Shown here piece by piece: positions 1 through 33,896 of a DNA stretch of 64,000 nt (position 1 is the stretch's first letter; every line of letters starts with the position of its first letter). The notes beneath the pieces are model-generated. The model ran no database searches, had not been told where the DNA came from, and saw only the letters and a list, made by a program, of their open reading frames with translations. This stretch comes from Amoebidium appalachense (lineage: Eukaryota; Protista; Ichthyosporea): contig CAVNZM010000012.1 in assembly GCA_963693365.1 (NCBI GenBank), forward strand, positions 6,956,889 through 7,020,888, written 5' to 3'. The position numbers and the translations under genes were made by a program.

Positions 1-1170
1 GTTGATCTTTTTAGTGATGATGGAGAGTATGTGAGAGGAGTGAACGCCACGGTATATGTGCGGGTGTGTGGCGAGAAAGCTGTGCATTTTGTGGTGCAAG
101 AGTCTAAACGAGTAGCCTTTGTTAAGCAATGTTTTAGCAAGTCGTGCAGTGCATGTGGTGAATGCAGCAAGTGTGGAGCATTTGCGCTGGTAGCTATGCA
201 TTTGACTTGTCATGATGCCGTATTTTGCAGTGCGGGAGATGAATGAGTCGTGATGTGGGAAACGAACGATGTCTAGTGTATTGAACGTGGGTGTGTCGAG
301 CTTGTTGTAGATGGTTGTGTGAATGCCGTGATTAGTGCAGGTGATATGCAAGTCGAGGTAGGGGACAGAGGGGGAGGAACCGGCAGGGTTGAGTTGAGGG
401 CTGGTCTTGGGATATAGACCGAAATCACAATCTTCTAAATAGAGGTGGGAGAGAATGCGAGGATTATGAAGGGAGATCAAGTCATCTATGTAGCGGCGAG
501 TAAACTGAAAATCTACCAAGACATCAATGCGTTCGTGTGCAATAAGCTTGCGAACAAAATCCAACTCATAAGTAAAGAGATAGAAATTAGCCAAGAAAAC
601 AGCACAGTTTGTACCCATGGGGATACCAATGTCCTGTTTGTAGAGGGTATCGCCAAACACAACATATATGTTATCTACAAGGAAACATAGAAAATCCACA
701 AGCTGTGCCTTAGAGAGATGTAGAGAGTGTTCTTTAGGCTCAAAGGAATCATCCTGGGAATCATCATCTACACGATCCACCCAGGACAACGTGGAGCCGG
801 TTTTCTTAATAAACATGTGTGGTTTGCGAGCGTCCGTGCATTTTTTGACAAATATTGCGTCAATCAGTGTAGTGAGGCGAGCTTTCAAATCATGCAAGTC
901 AATCTTGGTGTAGAGTGTGGAAAAATCAAACACAGACACGGGCGTATTTTCGTGTTGGCGTGTGGTACGGTTAAGGGCGTTGATTGTGTGTGTGAGTGCG
1001 GTGCTATCCGTGAGAATCCAAGAGCTAGTGTTGTGTGGCAGGTGGGGTTTGACAACATCACACCACATACGTTCGACATCAGGGGAGACGAACTTAAACA
1101 CACTAGTGAGAAGGCGGGAGAGAGGTTCAAGTGATGTGGCAGAGGAGTTGGCAATGAAACGGAAGGTGGG
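1..1170 (-). mobile_element. Penelope-like retroelement reverse transcriptase fragment (Naiad/Chlamys-like), 5'-truncated, inside an ABCB6 intron
   Basis: Manual translation gives 390 stop-free codons running off the window edge, absent from the ORF track: PTFRFIANS...VFDFSTLYTKID (motif A)...YKQDIGIPMGTNCAVFLANFYL (motif B')...TRRYIDD (481-492)...PYLDL...NKGY. It starts abruptly at a poly(C) tract. Confidence 0.9.
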
Positions 1171-1171
1171 T

Positions 1172-1203
<32 letters not shown>

Positions 1204-1297
1204 GGGGGGGGGGGACAGGGAGGGAGACGAAGGGGAAGGGGGGGGGGGGGGGGGGAGGGGGGGGGGGGGGGGAAGGGGGGAGGGAGGGCAGGGTTAC

Positions 1298-17654
<16,357 letters not shown>

Positions 17655-18436
17655 TTTCGCTCCAGTGAACAAGCGAATTTTGTGTTTTCTCCTATATTGT
17701 AGGCTACGGTGAGTTTTTGTAAGTTATGCTGTCCCCACGCCTGTGCGTGTGTGCTTGGCAAATGTAGGTATGTAGGTATCTGTGCGTTCTTGTGCCTTTT
17801 GTAGGTATCTGTGCGTTCTTGTGCCTTTTGAGATCGGATTTCCAAGAAACATTCAGCCTTTCTGTAAAAATCTTCGAAGTCGACTCACACAGCTCTAAGC
17901 CCGCCTCCTAGAAACACAGAGTAGCCAAACTTATGGTAGTCTCAACGCATAATTCTTGAGCCAACAGATGCATGTGCGTTCGAATCCTTGTGTTATTTTC
18001 GCTTGACGTTCAACACCATGAAGTTCAATGCGTGAACTCATCAGAGAGCACCCACGCATGTGCTTTTTGCTTTGGTCATGAGCCAAACAACAGCTCCTAT
18101 TGGTCACAATACACCAATCACGCTACGCCGCAGTCATAACATTACCATATACGGCTAGTGTTCTTGCGGGTGAGTGATTTGAACCCAATCAAGTTCGTCC
18201 GTGGCATGCAGACAACATTGATCAGTGTGGCAAGAAACGGAAGGCCGAAACGTGATAAGTCACGCCCTGTACTTTAGGCTGCACACCCAGCTTGCAATCA
18301 TCCACTTCCAACAATACTACAGATCATGCAAACATCACTAGAAGCAGACCATATTACTGTTTTTGGAAGGTGGCAAGGTTGTGAGGGAAGAGGAGGAGGG
18401 TAGAGGCCAGGGTCGGAGGGAGGCGCGCAGCGAGAA

Positions 18437-18470
<34 letters not shown>

Positions 18471-18989
18471 GATTTCCCCGCAGTTGCCTGCCACTGGTAG
18501 ACCTTAGCTTTGTTCAGCTAACTGAGCATAAAGCACAGCCCCTATTTATTCTCATGCATCGCGGGCAGCCTGTATAATAGCCCATCCATTATCGTACTTA
18601 CAGCTTTCAGCCAGATCTGCGAAGTATCTGAGGTTTCATTACATTAGATCTCAGTAACCGCATGCAACAAGAAACATGCAGCTTACGGTATATTGAATAT
18701 CAGTATTTCCACACTGCCACCCACCAAAAGGTATTTTTCTGTTTGGCCGGCTATTAGCTTTAGTAAACATACGCATAGCCCAGGCCTCGAATCTAGCTCC
18801 AGAAATTACTACCACAGCTGACAGCAAACCAAGCTCTCAACATCTTTTCCCTCCCTCCCTCGCTTTTAAAGAATTCTGTCCCACCAATCGTTGGCCTAGC
18901 CCACCAGAGCACCTACCAATTGCACTAACTTTCTTAACACCATCTTCTCTACAGCGGCATGAACATACACTCACATATGTAGTGACAAA

Positions 18990-20012
18990 CTACAGTTCTA
19001 CCCTCTGCCCGTTCAACACTATTTTCCTCAAATCTTTGCACACACCCAACACCTTCACAGCATCCCGTTTCACACTTCCACTCAACCAAACCTCTCTGAG
19101 CCGGGTGCACTGGCACAGCTGACCCACACCACGCTCATCGATCGGAGACACAATCACCGATTCCAGGTTGAACGAGGTGGAAAGGGCACGTAGCGACCCA
19201 CACATCATTCCGGTGATTTCAATGTGTGTAAGGCGTTTCCACGGTGACAAATCGGCTGGCAACGAGTACGATTTACACGACAGCGCTGTAAGATTCTCCA
19301 ATGAGGAATACGAGTTGTCGAACATGTGTCCAACCAACGTCAATTTTTCAATGTTTTTGCATGCTTTGACTGCGATGGCTGCTTCGGCCCTTCCCTTCTC
19401 AATTCCGACATGTCGTACACCCAATTTTTTCAAATTGGGAAGTTTTTCGAGTGCCTCCCACCCACACACCCGCCCGCCGCAATATATTTCAAGGCTGCTA
19501 AGCTGTCTGCACGAAGTAAGCACGTTGAGGTTTACTTTTTCATCCTCAATGCAATCTCCACCGTCACTTAACTTCCCGTAGAAGTGACCAGGCGTTAAAC
19601 CTTTGGCCGTGTTTCGAGGATCGTGAATACCAATGTGCACGACGTGCTTGAGGATGGACAGTATTCCCTGCAAGTTGTGTTCTCTTTCTTTCGCCGTTTC
19701 ACCAAAACATGAAAGATCACAGGCAATGTCCACCTTTCTAACAGCCCGTGCCCACACCGAGATACTCGCAAGTGTTTTTTCCCCCCATTTTTTGGTGTTT
19801 TCTCCACTTGTGCATGCGCAGAGAGCAAACGTGTTTCGTGCTGCGAATGTTCGCGAGATGTTGCAAAGGCGGTGGCTCACAAGGGTGCATGTGATGCGAT
19901 CTTTCAGAGGTAGGAAAGACAGGATGTGTGCAACAACATTATCGCTAAGCTGATTGAAATGGCAGGTGCTGGTGGTACGTTTCGGGTGTGATGAGAACCT
20001 TTTGGTATACAT
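18990..20012 (-). CDS. Intronless F-box/LRR-repeat protein
   Basis: F-box FNQLSDNVVAHILSFLPLKDRITCTLVSHRL followed by LRR-like units (LSSLEI, LPNLKKLGV, IEKLTL, LTHIEI, LREVWL, LRKIVL). Likely start is the ATG at 20012; the frame is open upstream to 20252. Confidence 0.85.
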   Translation of the reverse strand: MYTKRFSSHPKRTTSTCHFNQLSDNVVAHILSFLPLKDRITCTLVSHRLCNISRTFAARNTFALCACTSGENTKKWGEKTLASISVWARAVRKVDIACDLSCFGETAKEREHNLQGILSILKHVVHIGIHDPRNTAKGLTPGHFYGKLSDGGDCIEDEKVNLNVLTSCRQLSSLEIYCGGRVCGWEALEKLPNLKKLGVRHVGIEKGRAEAAIAVKACKNIEKLTLVGHMFDNSYSSLENLTALSCKSYSLPADLSPWKRLTHIEITGMMCGSLRALSTSFNLESVIVSPIDERGVGQLCQCTRLREVWLSGSVKRDAVKVLGVCKDLRKIVLNGQRVEL

Positions 20013-20779
20013 TTTCTTGTGCCCGTGCTTGCGCCTGTGTCGGAAAAGGTTCAAACGGTAAAAGTGACAGGAAGGTACAAATACTATGCCCGGGTATCGA
20101 CATATGAGATGGTGAGACTGTGTGTAATACTCAGTACTTGAAAAGTCAAAAGAAAAAAGGGGACCCTGGGGAGAGTAATATAAGGCTGCTGTTATTTCAC
20201 AGAGAGCAAAAAGAAACATCAAGGTGTTTTTGTTGCTTTTTAGTCTCTGCATGCAAATGATTTTTTGTAAGGCCCCACTTTATTCTGTTTCCTGGTGTTT
20301 CACTACTCTGCCACTTGCACAATCCCTGTTAAAAGAAAAAAAAAAAACACTTCCATGCGTGAGACTAAACGGAGAACTGACTGAGAATGATGACCAAACG
20401 TAAGCTTCCGGATATTTACAGGTAGGTAGTCCTCATCCAAATTTGAAAAACGTTATCCAACAGCTATCCAACAAACTTCTTCTCAGAGATACTACAGGAA
20501 TTGACTGTGCAGCCTTTTTTTTTTTTTTTTTTAACTTCGATGGATCATAGTTGACTTCTATCTTTTTTTAATTTTAGTCTGAAAGGGCCGGGCGACCTTT
20601 CACGGTCAATGACAGACGTACAACATGACCTTTTTCAGGTGCGCATGCATTCAAAGGTTTTCAATTGTTATCTCGTAATTTTATGGCAAGTTCATGGAAA
20701 GCTTTACACCTTTTTAAAATGTTTTTATCCCGTAGAATGTGCCCACCTTGGACGAAACCCGTCCACGTGCACACACTGG

Positions 20780-20797
20780 TACTAATAGTGCACGAAC

Positions 20798-20855
<58 letters not shown>

Positions 20856-20945
20856 CACGCACGCACGCACGCACACACGCACACACACTGTGGCACACGC
20901 ACACACACACACACACACACACAAACACATTGACACACACACACA

Positions 20946-20992
<47 letters not shown>

Positions 20993-21097
20993 CGTGACAC
21001 ACACACACACACAAACGCACGCACACACACGAACGCACGCACGCACGCACGCACACACACCGTGCACACACACATGTACACACACACATGTACAGTG

Positions 21098-21156
<59 letters not shown>

Positions 21157-21356
21157 CACTGGGATGCACGCGCGCACACACCGTGGCACACACACTACAC
21201 ACACACATACTCACACACATACCACCCACATACGCAGGAACGCAGGCACACACGTACACATGCATCGCCTATGCGCGCACGCGCTCATGCACACTCACTG
21301 CCGCACACTCACACGTACACACACACACAAGCACACACACATGTACACACACACTG

Positions 21357-21431
<75 letters not shown>

Positions 21432-21461
21432 ACATGTACACACGCACACCGTACACACCGT

Positions 21462-21545
<84 letters not shown>

Positions 21546-21865
21546 ACATGTACACACGCACTCCGTACACACCGTGACACAAACTCACACAACACACACC
21601 ACACACATGCATACAGCACACACACACCGTGCACCCACCCACACATACATGCATGCGGCACACAGCACTGGCAACGTGACAAACCGTGCACACACACACA
21701 CACAAACACACACAAACACGCACACACATACACACACAGCACACACACACCGTGCACACACACACACAAACACACACACACACGCACACGCGCACACACA
21801 CACACACACACACAGCACACACACAGCCCACACCACATCACAATAATTGTGACACCACACACACA
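20780..21865. repeat. ~1.1-kb compound (CA)n microsatellite, representative of many similar tracts in the window
   Basis: Directly visible; source of the spurious HT/CV-repeat ORFs. Confidence 0.95.
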
Positions 21866-22196
21866 AAGTTCAACTTGGCGGCTTTGTACCTGAACACGTA
21901 CATACACACGTGAGTCACTTGGCTAGTGTCCCACTGAATCCAATAATTTTTGTAACAATTAAAGAATCATTATTAGTCTATGTAAGCAAAGTTCTCCTGC
22001 CGGCGTGGCTGGGGTAGTAACCCTGGGCAAAGTGTGTACTTCAATGATACAGGGATCACTCACTTTTAAGATAACAGGTAAATACGGTTGGGTCTAAAAT
22101 CTTAAGGTTTCTCGGCCGTAGTAGGGTTCATTATCTTATTTTCTCCCCCCCCCCCCCCCCCCCCCCCCGCCCCCCCCCGGGGCCCACCCGGGACGA

Positions 22197-22540
22197 CAGC
22201 ATTGCGGAGGGGCGTCTGCGGAGGGGTCATTTTTTACCCCTCCGCAAAGTCACCCCTCCGCGCACTTGCGGAGGGGTGCGGAGGGGTTTTCATGAACTTG
22301 CGGAGGGGTTTGACGGTTTTGCGGAGGGGTAAAAGTTAGGTTGCGGAGGGGTTTTCTTACTTTGCGGAGGGGTGGACCCCTCCGCACCCCAGAAGTTACC
22401 CCCTCCGCACACCCCCATCCACCCCTCCGCGAGTGTCAGAATTCACGAAGCAGATGGGTTTCAAGGAAGGGTGCCAAAAAAAAACGACTCTGCGGATGGG
22501 TTTAAAAATATATAAAAAGTCCACTGCAGAGGGGTGCTGC
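22197..22540. repeat. Cluster of ~13 GCGGAGGGG motifs in both orientations; probable MITE or transposon-end remnant
   Basis: TGCGGAGGGG/CCCCTCCGC recurs throughout 22203-22430, with variants at ~22491 and ~22526; embedded between C-runs. Confidence 0.7.
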
Positions 22541-24109
22541 CCCCCCCTGCCCCCCCCCCCCCTCCCCCCCTCCCCTCCCCCCTCCCCCGGGGCTGGGCCC
22601 GGCCAGTCACGCGCATGATGTGAACTAAAGGCATTGTTCTTCACGCAAAAAGGTAAATATTTTTATAATGTGTAGGAGTATAAGTGCTTGAAAAATTAGA
22701 GGTCCTGAAGCTATTATTTACTGAGAAGGATATTTATTATATTTGAATGAATAACTAAGATACTTCGAAGCAAAGAGAGTGCGCGTTGCGCGCCTGTGCG
22801 TCTACGAAATATCTTGTCGTTAAGGTATGTCTATTGTATATTTAAGGGTATTATGATTGGCGCGATTTGAGATTTAGAGCTGTAACCAATCAGACAAGTT
22901 CTAAAGTCAATCGTTGTTGGACACATGTCACGACAGATTGATGCCGATATGGAATGACATACCGGCACATGTGCGGCCACGTGATTCATCACTTATTGTA
23001 GACGTTTGAAATCCCCCGCCTGCAAAAAACCCCCCCACTCCGCCCCCCCCCCCCCTTCGCCCAGCCCCCCCCCCCCCCCCCCCCCCTTTGCCCAGCCCCC
23101 CCCCCCCCCCCCCCCCCCCCCATCATCCCCCCCCTTCCCCCCTACCTCCCCTGCCCTATGCGCCTCATTTCGCAATTACTTAACGACACGTCACACAAGA
23201 TTACGTTCTGGTTACCTTGCCTTACATACTGCAGGGTCTCCCGACTCAAATGCTTTGATAATTATTCTGCAAGACAACACACTGAGATAGTATACCAGTT
23301 AGTGAATGCCATGAGTCTTGAAACGATTAGGGACTTATGTTTTGATCGTTGCAAATTCAGCTTGCCCATCCGTCAGCCTGAGTACGTACGACATACCACT
23401 CTGTAATCTGGGGGGCGGAAGTGGGATAGGGGGGGAGAAAGGCGGGGCAAAAGAAGGGGGAGGGGGCTGGGGGGGGGAGGGGGGGGGGGGGAATACTGTA
23501 TCGCTGACTCCTGTGGACTCGGGCTGTTTCAAAGATCACTTTACTCACGCCATACCGTAGTACATCCGAATGTGCCAGTGGTGGTGTTATAGCACAGTTA
23601 CGGTGAGCACGCATAAAGCCTGGCAATATATCTAGCCACATGCAAACAAAAAAAATACAGTATGTGCACATTCCATGGCCCTAATTATGATATGTCCTAA
23701 ACACTATGATTTTCTGTAAATAATAGTTTTGATGGCCTGGGTACGGTGTTACAGTACTTAAAAGTACTACCATTCGTGCGTTGACTTTCGTGCATCATTG
23801 CATGCATCCAAGAAGTGTATTCAAAGTGATATTGAAGCCGAGATCATGTCACAGGCAGTCGCTGAGCCACAGGATTCACCAAGTTGAATCGTTTTAATTG
23901 TATGTCCAGCTGCCCCCCCCCCCCCCCCCCCCACCTTCCTCCTCCCCACCTGTTTCCCCACTCCTCCCCTCCCGTCTCCCCTACACCTGCCTCTCCCCCC
24001 TCCCCCTCCCCTCCCCTCGATTCTAGGAAACTGTTCAGTTCAAATTAAGAATTTGACACGCAGGCATGCCATGACGCATGCAATACCACAATTGCGGCAT
24101 TCTACGAAG

Positions 24110-28590
<4,481 letters not shown>

Positions 28591-29139
28591 AGGCTGCGTG
28601 CATGTGGTGTACATGTTAGTGTGGTTAGTTTCAATATAAATTTCCAATTTTTCACAGATTTCAGATGTGCGTTTCACTTGTGGGGATTGATGGTGGTGGC
28701 TGGTGTGTATGTGTGTGAGTGTGTGTGTGTGTGCCGTGTGCCTGTGTGTGAACCAGGGGGAGGGGGGGGGGGGGGGGGGGGGGGATGGGGAAGCTGAGGG
28801 GGGGGGGTGGGGGGGTTCGCCAATGCGCACAACCGCACTAACCGTTGAAAAAGTGACCAGTAAAAGAGAGAGATACCTAATAATCTATCAAATATTGTCA
28901 CGTGCACGAAAAGGAAATCTCAACTTTGCACCCGTGCACACACTCCGTTGAAGCCAAGCATGCAGTATGCGCCACATCACACTCGGACACAACACACTCA
29001 ACCACATTGACACAAGCATGCTATCGTGAAGAAACCCACAGTAAAATTAATATCTTAGCGTTAGTGCACGTGTTCGTTATATGGTGATGAGCGCTGAGAG
29101 GTGGTGGCACAGCTGAGAAGAGAAATACAACAGGCCAGC

Positions 29140-29580
29140 GCACTCGAAACACACACTGTGCCCAGAACAAACAAAAAACATCATGCACTCTAATGTTTAA
29201 ACAAGTGCACAGAACCTCGCTCCGCAGCGCAACATCGTATTTAACATTAAGAAATCACACACCACTGACTGAGGTTCAGAACCACAGCAAAAGCCACACT
29301 AGTATACACATACACACGAGCACGATTGTGGCAAACACGCGCGAATATGCTTGCACAATACACCGGCACACTCGAAACACACACCGCCCAGAACAAAAAA
29401 AAAACATGTGCACTCTCATGTTTAAATAAGTGCACAGAACTTCGCTCCACGGCGCAAAATCTTATTTAACAAAAAATCACACACCACGGGCTGTGGAAAG
29501 CCCAGAACCACATCAGAAATCAAATAAGTATACTCATACGCACAAGCACAATTGTGGGCAAACACACACGAGTATGCTTT
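29140..29580. repeat. Diverged ~228-bp tandem duplication
   Basis: CACTCGAAACACACAC...CCCAGAACAAA...ATGTTTAAA.AAGTGCACAGAAC.TCGCTCC occurs twice. Confidence 0.8.
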
Positions 29581-30005
29581 CAGGTTCACACGTGCACACG
29601 TGCACAAGTAGACACCTTGAAGCACACACACACTCTCTACCCGGCATTTATTCCATTGAAAACCACTACAAACATCATGCACTATGGTATAGGCACCTAC
29701 AAAATTATAACTTTGACTGCATACCATAAGGGTCACACACATTCCATATTACACGCACACACACGCGCGCGTGCGCGCATACACACCCACCCACACACAC
29801 ACGCGCGCGCGCTCGCACACGCACACGCACACACACACACAGAGAGACACACACACACACACAGTGCACAGTGAACAGACTGTAGCTGCCGACACACGTC
29901 AAATATGGACACACACAAGCACACTCGTCAAGTCTGGATACAGACGTGCGCACACACACACACATGCAGAGCACACACACACACACACGCATAGTAGCAC
30001 ACACA

Positions 30006-30047
<42 letters not shown>

Positions 30048-32111
30048 GTCACACGTGTACACCAATTAGCGCTTAGGTCTCCGCACCCACCCAACCACCC
30101 ACCCACCCAGCCCCCCCTCCCCGCCCACCCACCTCCCACCCCCTTCCCCCCAAAATCCCATTCCTTAGGCTGCACACAGAAAGATACCATAACACAGCAC
30201 GCTCAAGAAAAAAGAAAGAGCAATTATTTCATGCCTCGACCCCAAAAGTGCATCCCCTAATACTTTAAGTCACGGGTTTTCATTGACTTGCCTAGAAGTT
30301 TTGCCGTTGCAGCCCGCCGCCCACACAATGGCGACAGCAACAAAAGCCCCTCGAGAGTTCGACTATCCATTTTCTGTGTGTGCTTCCAAGAGATAATTGA
30401 ATGTGATTTAGTCACGACGGTTCAGGGTGCTGTTTCTTTATACCATGAATGGTTTTTAGACGTTTTAAGATTTAGCACGTGCACGAGGACGGAATCAGCG
30501 TGCTTTTCGCGATATTATAAACCCCCAACTCGGAGTGCTGTCTGTGATTGTGTATGTGTATGTGTCTTTCCCACACAGTCTTAATTTGCCTAGGTAAAAA
30601 CGATATCGAGACCTGTACAGCTCAACTAAGTGGGCTTCTGGGCAGGTTCCAGGTAACCGTTGCCCAGGCAGCGAATTATAGTAATAACTTTCCTATTTCG
30701 CCTGTGAATCAATCACCTCTTATGTCTATAGAAATACTCGCCATTAATGAGCAGCACTGACTACTACTGTGTTCAAGAAGGAAAAGCACAGTTATAATGA
30801 GGCACCGCCATGAATTGAAAAGCTTCAGTATTAATGAACAACAATAGTACTCTTTAGTGTGATGGTTGGGCGAAGATATCATAATCACACTGTCAAGCAT
30901 TGCACATACAAGTGGCACGTACGCTCACGCTTCGGGGGTGCACATATATTCTGCCCCCCACAAACTTTCAGAGCTAAAAATAAGCATTCTCTCGCTGTTT
31001 TTACTTGGTTCCGCCCGGGCGGCCCGGGGAGCCGGGGTGGGGCTGGCAAGCAGAAGGGGGCCTGGAAAATTCATTCATTACTAAGTGTGGCTTATGGCAC
31101 CAACCTAATAATTACTAGCCTTTACCCGGCCTGGTAGCGATATACCGATTATTCAGAGTAGAATTCTTTTTTTTCTTTTCTTCATATATGTACCTGTGGT
31201 GTTGGAGAACAAGTAAATACCTCTTATGACGGTTTATTGCACAAGGAGCCCTATGCTTTCCTTGCAAGCCCAGTCAGCTCATGATCACTCAGCTGGTAAG
31301 CTCAAGGTGATGCAAACCACAACATATCGTCATCTGAACGCGGCACGCAGGGATTGGCTAATGCTCAAATTCATTCAAGCTGCCGCTTTTTGATTGGATG
31401 CATGGTGCGCGCTCCACCAATCGTCAGTTACGCCCTCAACTCGGCTCAAAAAATATGCAACCGCGGGCGTGGGCCCGCGGCCGCCCCGGCCCAGGCAAAA
31501 AAAACTAAAAAACTGTACACACCACAAATATGCATACATGCCTGCCTTCCAAACATGTACAGACGTGAAGCGGGCGCGGCAAACACACGCCCACTCGTAC
31601 GGACTGCAGGCATGTATGTATGCATGCACGTGCAAAGCGATATTCTTCTCGCTCGTAGACTGTCCGCGAACGTACGCGTGTATGTATGCATAAATGCAAC
31701 ACCTCATAATGGAGCAATAACACACATGCATGCACACAAGACAGCTGTATCCGCTTGTGCCTGCGTGCACTGTGTATGTATTAGACACCAATAGGCATGG
31801 CATTTCACCGATGCAGGCTGACAACATGCACATGTGCTTTTGGCTACCAAGGTGCGCATCAGTGGCTATCTCGCGGCGCGGAGAAGACTTCAAGCTACCT
31901 TAATTAGTGTTGTGATCAAAAACTTTGATAACTTTAATAAAACAAAAAGTTAAAAAGGGCCATGATCGGTGGCAGGCCCACGAAACTATTAAATATATAT
32001 GTCCAACTGCTATTATCTTCTGCCAAGATGTAATTACCGTGCATCTTTAGATCTGTGCCTGTTGTTGTGTGCATGTGGTTTATGTCATACAATCGTGTGT
32101 CGACGTCACGT

Positions 32112-32155
<44 letters not shown>

Positions 32156-32174
32156 GTGTGTGTGTGTGTTTGTG

Positions 32175-32246
<72 letters not shown>

Positions 32247-32329
32247 TGTGTGTGTTTGTTTGTGTGTGTGCCTCAGCCATAGTGTGTGTGTGTTTGCGTG
32301 TGTGCTACGTGCACAGCGTGTGCCAGTAC

Positions 32330-32434
<105 letters not shown>

Positions 32435-32497
32435 TGTGTGTGTTTGTGTGTGTGTGTGCCCACCGGCACGCTCATATGTGTGTGTTCAATAAAACGT

Positions 32498-32547
<50 letters not shown>

Positions 32548-32884
32548 GGCGGGGCGGGGGGTTGTTATACGAGTCACTGTGACAGAGTACAAAACTTATT
32601 TTCATTATTGGTCTGAATTTCCATATGCATGATTCCCTATTGGAGCCCCATGGCCTACCTATGAGTCCTCTTCCAGATCATCTACGAAGTCTTGAGCAAA
32701 TGCCAGATGTCTCCTATGTACAGCCTACCCGGCGAGAAATATGCAACCATACGACACATGCATGCACACACATATTTGCGCGCACACACAAACACACACG
32801 TACACACACATCACAGTCACAAAAACTCAGTGTCTCACACATATGCATGTACACACGAAAACCATAGAGCGCCTGTGCGTGCAG

Positions 32885-33041
<157 letters not shown>

Positions 33042-33896
33042 TGCATGTACACGCCACATGGGCGCACACTCCGTGGCACACACACGCACACGCACACACA
33101 CGCACACATACTGTGACACACACGACACAAACGCACAAGCACACACACACACACGGCACGTCGAAAAGAGACACGTACCAAGTTGAACAACAAAAACATA
33201 CATGCCGGCATAATGGCAACGTGACGCGCTTTACACAAAGTGCATGAAACTAAAAACGGAGCACACATTGATGTCATACACTTGAATCGCCACAACCTTG
33301 CACGTCGTCAGGGATAGTAGTACAGTATATGGGCACACGCCTTACGCAGTTGCACTCTGAGGCATGTGTGTGTGTTTCAAGGGGGAAAGGGAGGGGCAGG
33401 GGAAGAGACGCTTTGATACCATGGAGTAACGGCATATATTAAGGGCTACGCAAGGTACACAGCCAAGCTCCATCATATCAAATTAATTTGCTCCTCTGTA
33501 TGCATATATCATGAGCGCTCCTTACATCAACATCTACTATTTTACCCATTTTGCAGTATTAAATGAACAACAGCACTATATTCCATAGAAATGCCTCTAT
33601 GTATACGCCATATCATGGTAAGTCACCGTGATACACAGCTCACAAAGTTAACAACCAACATACTTATCCGAAAACTGTAACGTTACAGTCACACGGTCAT
33701 TCGGCCTTTTTATTATTGATTGGATATAACATATAAAAATACGACGTCCATCTGACAAGAAAGAATGCATGCTTGCCCATTTTTTTTCCCCGGAAAACTT
33801 TTAGCTAACTCGCATAATATGCCATTGAAAGGGTTACTTGCATCTTATTGAAGGGGACTTGCAACAAGATCCAGAGGAGCACGTTGTACAACGCTC

